Assembly: GCA_002633005.1 (NCBI GenBank)
Contig: NMRA01000054.1
Coordinates: forward strand, 807,674 to 871,673
DNA length: 64,000 nucleotides
Source: Phoronis australis
Lineage: Eukaryota; Animalia; Phoronida
Direction of reading: 5' to 3'
Below, piece by piece: positions 54,801-64,000 of this stretch (position 1 is the stretch's first letter; each line of letters opens with the position of its first letter). The notes below the pieces were generated by a model that saw nothing but the letters and a program-made list of their open reading frames with translations, was not told the DNA's origin and searched no databases. The position numbers and the translations under genes are program-made.

Positions 54801-57800
54801 AGTAATAATAATAATAATAATCATAATACTGTTTTACGCAGTTATTTTATTGTAGCCGCGGCACTGTTGAACTCTATGGACCAGACTGTTGATCCGTGTG
54901 ACAACTTCTTTGAGTATGCCTGTGGCGCGTTCAACAGAGAAAACAAGATTCCGGACGACAAATCTATCATCGACACGTTCATGATACTTCATAAGAAAAT
55001 GCAAACGCAGTTACAAGGTTTGTTTCGTGTTCTGCTGCAGTCCATTTTAATAATCATTTTGAGTTAAAAATGCCAAGCCAAAGCAGCTATTTTGTATTCG
55101 AACATTTATTTTTACTGCCTTCACTGTTGAAACATTTATTATTATCATTGATTATGCATGAAGCTACATGCAAAGTCGGAAAATGTTGACCATTATGTCT
55201 TCTAGTCCACACGGTGTCAATTTTTACGATTAGAACTACCGAATTTGCTCGTAGAGTAAGCAAGCTATTTCGCGTAGAAACGTACTAGCCTTTTGGTACT
55301 TCTCTTATACAAATCAAGTGTGCAGACGACACCGCAATGAAAAATAATGTAACTTACTGCGGTTAGCAGTAAGGAATACAGGCGTGCAAGTTAATATACT
55401 TTCTTTGTAACTAGGCTGCTGGTTGGTAGAAGTCGCACAACCGAATGCGAGAGCAAACACCCAGGAAAGGTCTGCGTGTCACATGCAGCTCGAACACCCA
55501 AACTTCCCATAATGCTATGCTCTGCATAAGCAGCATTTATCTCGGAAGATTATTATAAGAGAAACTAATGCAATACGATTGGTAATATACGAACTCGATA
55601 CACAGCTAGAATTTGCGTTATCTATGATGTATTGATTTCTTTCTACAGGTTTATTAGAAACTCCAGAGTCATCGTCGGATAGTACCGCCATACGGAAAGT
55701 GAAAAATCTTTACAAATCGTGCATTAACACAAGTAAGCGTAAAGGTCTCAGTAGTCTTAGAGAATTTGACTATTATAACGGACGTCCAAATAAATCGGTA
55801 GGGGGGGCAGAGAAACTTGATGGGCGCGGAGCGCCTACAACAGGAAAAACGTAAACAAAAAAATGTTTTCCCCACTCTCGACCTACCGTAACTTGTGCTG
55901 GCGAAAAAGATTATATTTACAGTGAGACTAAATTATCAGCTTTGAAATGTAAAAACGGAATCTTTCTTCAACAATAATGAGCTCCCCCTACAGTGTGAAG
56001 TGGAAAAATAAAAGATTTAGTTTGCAGACTTATCCATCTCAGAGGAGACTAGTTAGAATAAGGGGCCTGGCAAGAAATGTTTTGCATAATCCTGAGATGT
56101 GAAAAATACTCTGATTATGTGGTTATTTGTAATGAAAATGATCCCAGATTTGTTAGCAAATGAGGAACTTCGTGCTATCTATTTCTAGCACAGGAAACGA
56201 ACAGTTTGAGTTCAATTAGAAATTCAATATGCCTTTTATATTGTAAGGTAGTCGGGTAGATCAGTCCACTGCGTCAAATCTAATGTTCATACTGGATCTT
56301 TCCCAGGCTCTGCAGAGGACCACGGCGATATTGTGTTGATGAAAATGATTGCTGACCTTGGAGGCTGGCCGGTGATTAACTCCAGCTGGAACGAGGACAG
56401 TTTTCACTTGGAAGACATGCTGAGTGCACTGCGCATGCGTTTCAACGTCGGCGTGATGATGAAATCGGACGTAGGAATCGACGACAAGAACTCTTCCAGG
56501 CATATGTTTGAAGTAACGTTTCATTTCTGCCAAATTATTAAAGCAGTTATAAGCTCGCCTTTTGTCACAAAAGTCAACGTTTTGATTTAGTCAACGTAGC
56601 GTTTTTATGAAATTGTTCTCAATATGTTTCTTAATCATAATAGGCGAGATTTTAGTGCTTGGACAGTACTGGTAATTCGTTTTTGTCTGAGACCAGGACA
56701 TGGAAGTTGACTTGTCGTGACGTGTCATGGTATTATCTGAGCATAGTTTCGATGAATGACGAATTGCTAGTTTTTTCCCAGAATTCCTTCCCTTCTGAGA
56801 AAGGAACAAGCAGTGAAAGTTTTTATAGCGCGAAGTGTTCTTGATCAAAATTTAATTTCTTTGGCGAAACGCGGGTCTATTTCCGCTTTAAGGTGAATTT
56901 CACAGACGAATGTTTTGGACAGCACAAGACTTATGCACAGTCTCAAACAGTACCTAGGCTTGGAAGCTTGAACACCATGCGTGCTTGATAAAATCGTAGA
57001 ACACAATATGTTTAAATGTTACAGAATAAATAAAATAGACGTTTCAATGCCGTGCCGATACCGATGGATAAGAATATAAAATAGTAAAAATAAAACGACA
57101 AGCGTCGGACGGGTACTAAAGTATGTTAAACTATTCCCCACGTTTCGAGCGGTACGCTCTTTATCAAAAGATAAATGTTGCACAATTGCTTGTTTAAAAA
57201 ACATCATTTTCAGCAGCTTTTCATCAGATTTTGTTGTATGACCTTTTCGTAAACTCTGTGTAGGAGAAAGGGCGTAAATTGAGATGATACAGCCTGAGTG
57301 ATGAACATATCAAGGAAGACAAATTGTTTATCTAACGAATGATCTTAGCTATAACATATTGGCACCTGTTGATCACGTCATCGATATTGCAATTCTTATA
57401 GAGGAGCCTGCGGCAAGTATGCCCCTTGAAATGTTATCTCGTATCGAGGTCATTAGAGCAAAGAGATTTTTGAATGGATGCAACTTTAATTCTGTTAAAA
57501 ATCTGAGCAGTTTCACTGAGAAGATATGACGTTACATGCCATAGGCGGATCCAGGAGGGTTAAGGGGTTCTGGACCCCCTTTTTGTCCGGATTTTAGTGA
57601 TATCAAATCTAGAATTTTCAAATTGTTGACTTGGACCCTATTTAAAAAATTCTTTGATCCGACCCCCTTTTAAAAATCCTGGGTTCTCTCCTGCATTAAA
57701 AGTTTTGAGCGCTTGCTCCAAACTTCTCTCGTGACACCATTGGCTTCTGCATTTGGAAATACTTCAGTTCAAAAATACTCTGTCTGCTTTTTTATCAAAA

Positions 57801-60800
57801 ATTTCTTGAAATTAGTTTGAACTCAAGTCAAATGAGTAAAGAATTATCCCAATTCTTACTTTTTAAATGCGTTATCACTGTTTCTTCGAAGTGAACCGAA
57901 TTTAATGTGGATTTTCCAAATTTAAATTTAATTTTGGTGGGCATCAACGTTGTGCCCGGTACCCTAATTTTTATATAAATTTAAACGACAACGGATGAGA
58001 CTCGGTCTATGTTCTTAATTTGTGAAAAAACAGGAAAGGTATCTTTAAGTTGCTCGCAGTTTACAAGTTTGAAAGCAAATATTTTGTGGTGACGTCGAGA
58101 CATCCGTTCTGGAATATGCTAAATATTATTGAATCCGGTACAATTAAAAACAACCGCACGGCTAATGGTTCATTACAGATAGATCAGCCGAGCCTGGGTC
58201 TTCCCAATCGAGACTATTTCCTACAGTCGAGCTTCGCCAAAGTCCGTAGTGTTTATGTGTCCTACATGGTCAACATAGCCGTCATGCACGGCGCCAACCA
58301 GAGTTATGCACGCCGAGAGATGCAAGACGTGCTCGACTTCGAAACACGTCTTGCAAATGTAAGTAAAATGGAGAAAGCAGACAGTTAAAACTGTTTATAT
58401 GTGGGACGAGAGATTAGAAATTCTGTGGTAACCATAGAGTTCTTGTACGTCACAATAATAGGGAAATTGTCATTCATAAAGACCATTTGATAACTACGTG
58501 AAGACGAACTTTCAACCTAAACAAATGCTTGTTTGAAGACAATTAATTTTGTTGCCGGCAGAAGCCATGTTTACTTAAAAAATGCGCTCTCCCGTCTACA
58601 ATGCCACTGGAAATGGTCAGTTCTGGCTTAAGGGGATACACGCAACTGTGCTTTTACGTTTTTACAGATAACTTTGACAGAGACCCGACGAGCAGACAGG
58701 CAGATAATGGTGAAGGTGATGACAATACAGCAGCTGGAACGTGCAATTCCTCAGGTGAATTGATTTGGCTTAATTAGTCATTACTTAGCGTTCATCAGAC
58801 TAATTAGATATGTATAAACCTCAAAATCTAGGGTTTCACTTGCGTTTTTTTATCAACATACGTTAGAGTCGCATAAAGTTCATGTAGTATAAGCATAAAA
58901 TGAAACATGATATTGGAGAGAATATTGAAGAATCTGGGGCCCGTTCCAACAAAACTGATTTAGCTAAGACAATTCTTAAATTTAACTAAATTTTAAAATA
59001 AAAGTTAAATTTGTCTCAAATTCATTTCAAGGGAGAGATCTTAAGCTTAATTTAAGTGTTTGACATAAGCTTTGTTTTAATTTTGACAAACTTACTGGAT
59101 GTGGAAGTTTCAAAGATTGGAAGTTAAGACAAATCTTATACTTAGTAAGTAAAAAAGGAACTTTTAAGTTAAAAGTCAGTTTCTTGGAACGGGCCCCTGA
59201 TCTATGGCCTAAGAAATTAACATTAATCCATTTGGTAAAAGAATATTCTGAGATTTTTGGATGTTTGGATAAATAATAGGAACTCAAATGATTTTCAGAT
59301 AACTGGATACAACTTCTGTAAAACATCAATTTGTCGAAGTCAAAGCTTTCCTGAAACCGGAAGTCGGCGTCACATGAATTTATCGCCACTTTATACAGCG
59401 TACTGTTCTTGCAAAATCGCCAATTTCTTTGCCAGTTCCTCAACTCATTCGTCAGTTCCTTGATCTGGTAGAGTGGTGAACAATTTTGGGAGCTCTTCAA
59501 ATTAAAAATCATTATATTTGTAACCCGACGACAGATCAAGTCCATTAGCTCGCCTGAGTCGGATTCGGCAATTCATCACTGCGCGGGACTGTGGAGTGGT
59601 CGAACAGCGTGAATCACTTGGAGATGTAATGTACCCGTATGTGCTCATTACTTATCTTGAATAGAGTTGAAACTGTTAGCATTCTGCCTCATGGACGAAG
59701 TTCTCGTAGTCACTCAGGACCATATCACCTTCGGACTAGGTCTACCGCGAGTCAGACTCGGGCGCTCTTGTCGACGACATCTGTGGTTGGATTTCCTACA
59801 AAGCGGCGTTATGAGTCTCAAGATTTAGGAACTAACGAATGACTTAAACCATTCACACTATGGTTATCAATCTTAATTCGGTTGCCAACAATTTGGTATG
59901 ATAGTTTAAGCATTCCTTCTTCAATTTGTGCACTTTCAATCAATAAATAAACGCAAAAAACAAAAAATAAATACAATTTGTGTGCGACGTCATTACTGTA
60001 CCGGTCTCCGCCACTGTGTTGTTCTGCACCAGCCGCGAGCCGTAGTGGTCTCGAAAACTAGTGAGTTCGAATGAGTAATATGAGAAGTTGCATGTATGCA
60101 GGATGCTGTAACACCAATGGTATAGACAATATTTCAGTTTTTGCGTTTCCAAAAAACTCTAAGATCGCCCAGAAATGGCACGGCTTCCGTCGTTCGTCGG
60201 ACACGGGTATGGCAGTACATGGTGGAGCAAGCGATCAATTCTGGAGCCACGCTGTGCTCAGCCCATTTTGAAGAATCGGGCTTCGATCCGTCGCAGAAAC
60301 GGAAATTTGATGAAGGTTCCTCCAACGTGTAAGTGCTTTTGAAGGAGAAAAAGTGTATTGTGTTGTGTCATTGCTGGGAACGAAGTTGTTAGGCACATAT
60401 TGAATATGAGCCTCAGCATCAAATTTTGACTGAGATAACGAATGCGACTGCAGTAGGCCTCAGTTTTTATCAGACCTTTCTTGTTCAAAATTTTGTGGGA
60501 ATGTACCGGTATGCTATCCACATATACGTCAATGCCCAATAGTAGATGGGATCGTTTTTTGATGTCACGGCCGCAACCGGCACTGAGGCTGGAGTCGGAC
60601 TGGGCCGAAATAATCGACGAATCACAATAATGCAAAGCTTTCATAATTTTGGAACAAACAAGACAGAAACGAATACCATTTACCAGAAATGAAATCTAGT
60701 TAGTATCATAATAATTAGATATAAGCGTTCCTGACAAAGGTACTCGGCATCCCAAGAAATGAAATCAGTGTCCGCTATTCGCGAGTGGGTTTTGACAGTC

Positions 60801-63507
60801 AGAATAAAAACTTTGGTTAGATTTACAGTTCGAGACACATACTGCTCGACACTCTAGTGGTTAGAAAATTAAATCGTGATTCAATAAAAGGCTTTAATTA
60901 CCGCAGTGAAATCAAGACTGTCTTCAGACTGAGTAGGCCGGCTACCACTTAGCTTCACTTACCGGAGACGCCGGTGCGGGAAGTCGAGTTCGTCGATATA
61001 TAATACCCGCACTTGCACTAATAGTGTCAACTGATTAACGTCTTCCACTGATTACATCACGTGGCGGGAAACCAAGAACTCATTAATTTTTCTTTAAAAT
61101 ACAAAATGTCCAATTATGGTCTAAAATAAGTGCATTTTTAATATTATAGAAGTATTACGTCAAAAAAGTAAAACGTCAAAAAGTGCAAAAATCCATTGTA
61201 CGAACTCTTTAAGGAAGAGGCAACGAAGACTGCAGTTTTTCACTAACAATACATGTGATAAAATTGCCGTGAATTCATTTGACACCGACTTTCGGCTGTG
61301 GGAAAAGCTGGATGCCGACAAATTAATTTTTTACAACAATAGTAGCCAGTTATCTAAACATCTTTTTAGTTCTTATTATTTACTTCCGAAAAATCCCTTA
61401 GCTTTCCCTCTGTTACCTTTCAACGCTCAGATATCACCAGACGGCTTCTTGTCTGGAGGATGGTGGTTTCGATGTTGTTCACAACGACCTCCAGCGTTCC
61501 CTGTCCCTTGGTTGCGTTTCCATTTCAGCTCGCTTCATTTCCCGTTCCATTTGAAGACTCACATGTACGTTTCATTGCAGATCTTCTGGCGCCGTTACCT
61601 CGCACCCCAGCATCCAACCTTAAACGATGAGAACGCGCGGGTGGCGTTGCTTTCGTCGGAGTTTTTCAACTCACTGCCCGACATTCTTGCCTCGACAAAC
61701 AAAAGGCAAGCGCTATGTCTAAGGTTTCATATTGATGGTTACAAACAATTTTAGAACTGCTGTAAATTCAAAAGTAAAATGAGCAATAATCAAGAGAAAA
61801 TTTTCAACCTTCAGCCAGATTTTTTTGAAATTTTCTGATATCTAAAACATAGGCCTGCTGTTGATATGTCTAACTTGATGACTGTTTCAGAACAGTGGCT
61901 AACTACTTAATCTGGATCACTATCATGACTTATGCAGAGGATCTGACGTCAGAATATCGCAAGAAGAGAATGGAGCTGCAAGAAGCAATTGAGGCAAGCT
62001 GCGAAGACTTTGTTGTAATTGCTCTTTTCTGATATTGCGAATGTCGGCAGACACGGTTGTGTTCGTTTTAAAATGGATTTAAAAGGGTTTGTTGAAAGTA
62101 TATACTCTTTGAGCAGCCAGTCTTGTCAGTTTTTTGGCAGTTAGGACTTGACTTTTCAGAAACCTTGACAAACTAAAGTAAGTGCATTTCAGGGCGTGAA
62201 AAAAGAAGAGAATGGATGGAGTCGATGCGTGGACTACTGCAATAACTATATGGGCATGGCATTAGGCTCAATGTTTGTGACGAAGTACTTCGATAAAGAA
62301 AGCAAGTCTTCGGTAAGGAAATCAGACATTTCACAAGTTCGCCAACGGAATCACCCTGTCTGGTGTCATTTTCATAAATCAAAAACCAAAATGCCGATGC
62401 TGGATGATCTTTAAACATTGTTGTCTGTTGAAATGTGTTGAATATATTCTATCAAAAAGCACGTGTAGTGTCGGATTGGTGAGTTGGATTAGGCTACATG
62501 GAGATTACGTGTAAGATTTATACATACTATAAAGACGTTAAGTCAAAATTGTAAATGGAATGTACTTGGCAAATTGTGTTTAATGGTTAAACTATACCGC
62601 TTGCACCAAAACTGAATCACCAGCTGTCAAAATCACTGGCTCTCTTTTGATGATGAAATCCTGAAGTCGTTGGTTATTGAAGCATGTATTCACATTTTGT
62701 TTTTACCGGATTTTGAAAAGTCAGAACTATTGCAGAATAGTTTCACAGCTGGGTACTAAATGACATTGTCTTCTCGAATCTGGGTTGCAAAGTACATGAA
62801 ACACTTTTAGCCTAACAAGTCAAGAGATGCAAAGAACGTTTACCTCTGTTTTAGGCAATCGAGATGATAAGACATATCCGACAGGCTTTTAACGAGCTCT
62901 TGGATGTGAATGATTGGATGGACGATGAGACAAGGGTAGTTGCAAAAGAGAAAGCCGTGGCCATGAAAGAACGAATCGGATACCCAGACTTCATACTCAA
63001 TAGTACCAGTGTTGATACCATGTATGAAAATGTAAGATTACAGAGGTTTCAGAATACTCATCAACCTAAATTATCGGAGATGAAAATGCTCTCATGGTTC
63101 TTGGTGTTGCCTGACTCATACTTTGTCGGGATTATCCAATTATTGACTATGGATTACAGATCTATATCATATCTTTAGAATCATAACTCTCTGGTTTGTG
63201 ACATGAGCTCGCTCGAAAAACATTTTCTCTATTATTTCCAAAAAAAGTTCACAGTTGATTTATTCTTAATAAAAAGTAAGGTTCAAAAGGAAAGGTAATC
63301 TGATGAGAAAAATGAAATTTCTTTCAATTGCATATTGAATTTTCCCCCAAATTAACTAGCTTATGCTTGTGTAGGATACAAATTTTATGCTTTCTTTCTC
63401 TAGGTCACATGTTCCCCTACAGACTTCTTCTCCAACGTGATCGCACTGGAGCAGAATGATGTCAAAAACAGCATGACGAAACTAATGACGCCTGTTGATC
63501 ACGACGA
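51199..63507 (+). CDS. M13 family neprilysin/endothelin-converting-enzyme-like type II membrane metalloendopeptidase; first 12 coding exons, continues beyond the window
   Basis: Exons 51199-51598, 52026-52067, 54856-55017, 55649-55732, 56307-56512, 58179-58358, 58668-58754, 61581-61705, 61891-61993, 62193-62312, 62855-63031 and 63404-63507 are phase-compatible. Motifs: RRTALE plus TM, [95 protein letters not shown]. The HExxH motif would lie downstream and is not visible. Confidence 0.95.
52525..53844 (+). mobile_element. Kolobok-like internally deleted transposon with ~190-bp TIRs, in a peptidase intron
   Basis: TTAA|AACCGAAGGCAACCTTTTTCATGTCA... and ...TGACATGAAAAAAGGTTGCCTTCGCCT|TTAA. Inverted similarity spans ~52525-52713 vs ~53656-53844. 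Confidence 0.9.
52790..53560 (+). pseudogene. Frameshifted, truncated THAP-transposase N-terminus (Kolobok type)
   Basis: MPRCCYLPGC...LHRFPKDDTLRLTW / RVCGKHFLPSDY...RLKKGTIPSL (THAP), RSAFFKRE, then EPKF / LELFRRCQVCG...WDCVAGHSGKWDS (second Zn motif), spread across shifted frames. No DDE core. Confidence 0.85.
54602..54827. repeat. (GAT)n/(AAT)n trinucleotide microsatellite
   Basis: Directly visible. Ends about 28 nt before the acceptor at 54855. Confidence 0.97.
57540..57693. mobile_element. Degenerate CATAGGCGGATCCAGG-type MITE
   Basis: 5' end CATAGGCGGATCCAGGAGGG and 3' end AAAATCCTGGGTTCTCTCCTG resemble the 22183/24710 family. Confidence 0.6.
58937..59196. mobile_element. PIF/Harbinger-type MITE, 260 bp
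   Basis: CTG|GGGCCCGTTCCAACAAAACTGA ... TCAGTTTCTTGGAACGGGCCC|CTG: TIRs plus 3-bp CWG TSD, AT-rich interior. Confidence 0.88.
59234..61418 (+). mobile_element. Old THAP-bearing DNA transposon (probably Kolobok-like) with ~200-bp diverged TIRs
   Basis: ~59234-59450 is the diverged reverse complement of ~61212-61418, also visible as similar pseudo-translations in ORFs 59027(-) and 61269(+). Termini are decayed and no clean TSD is seen. Confidence 0.75.
60071..60332 (+). pseudogene. Frameshifted THAP domain
   Basis: MRSCMYAGCCNTN...SVFAFPKNSKIAQKW / VRRTR..W / ATLCSAHFEESGFD: C2CH THAP pattern over shifted frames. Confidence 0.85.
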
Positions 63508-64000
63508 GTACGTATTTTATGTCGTAGAAGGCATTCTGCAAACGCAAGACACTCACATGAAACTTGCTGTGAGGGATCAAATGGAATCCATAAATTTTCT
63601 CCTGTGATGCAACAGCCAATCATTTCAGCCTTTTGTATGTTAGTAAAATACCGAACTTACTCGTGAAAACATTTGCGTGGTTTTGTGTGATCTTGCCTGT
63701 CTCGCAAGAAACTTGCTGTACGGAACACACCCTGGATACCGACTAAGATATAAATTTCCTTACACTTTTTACACAACTTACTGTACTGCGATATTGATAT
63801 TGTGTACCTTGCTTATACACTGCGTGTATTCAGGGTATCTCCGCGGATCGTAGGAGAGAGTATTTATAAGACCAACAATTCAACAAACTATTGCACCTCA
63901 AAATGTAGACTATTGTTGTATGCCTAACAAGCTGAAATACCAATGGGGATTTTTGAAAAGCTCTGATACTACGACAGATAGTATGAAGTAGCAGACAAAT

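Noticed and set aside
54476-55067. Poly-Asp/Asn, poly-Met, poly-Ile and poly-Ser ORFs, one in frame with a peptidase exon
   Set aside because: These are translations of the (GAT)/(AAT) microsatellite. The real exon starts at the acceptor at 54856, and the candidate acceptor just upstream of the repeat (54598) has the wrong phase.
59027-61754. Two ORFs with similar translations on opposite strands (59027- and 61269+)
   Set aside because: The similarity comes from the transposon's inverted repeats, not from paralogous proteins. Only 61581-61705 is coding.
1-64000. CRISPR arrays, rRNA, intact tRNA, or an intact transposase/reverse transcriptase
   Set aside because: None seen. The DNA is eukaryotic, repeats lack regular repeat-spacer structure, and all TE ORFs are broken.

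Overview
Eukaryotic, AT-rich, intron-rich DNA, most likely from a marine invertebrate (organism is inference only). The ORF track mostly misses the real genes because they are spliced. Manual splicing gives four protein-coding genes. (1) The last four exons of a DEG/ENaC (ASIC/ENaC-family) channel (+, 191-2587). (2) An espin/forked-family actin-bundling gene (+, 9218 or 17488 to 25910) with an atypical architecture: no ankyrin exons visible, three tandem WH2 motifs, and an MGxxxSK myristoylation-type start. (3) A small two-exon gene on the minus strand (35055-28585) encoding a 103-aa secreted prepro-peptide with KR and RHRR cleavage sites that I cannot assign to a known family; this is the best novelty candidate. 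(4) The first 12 coding exons of an M13 neprilysin/ECE-like peptidase (+, 51199 to beyond the window), apparently with two consecutive GC-AG introns. Introns and intergenic DNA hold four Kolobok-like elements (three with TTAA flanks, three with decayed THAP ORFs), Harbinger-like MITEs with CWG target duplications, short CA...TG MITEs with 5-bp target duplications, microsatellites, and a 1.68-kb tandem duplication joined by a single N that is probably an assembly artefact. All family assignments rest on motif recognition from memory; no database search was run.
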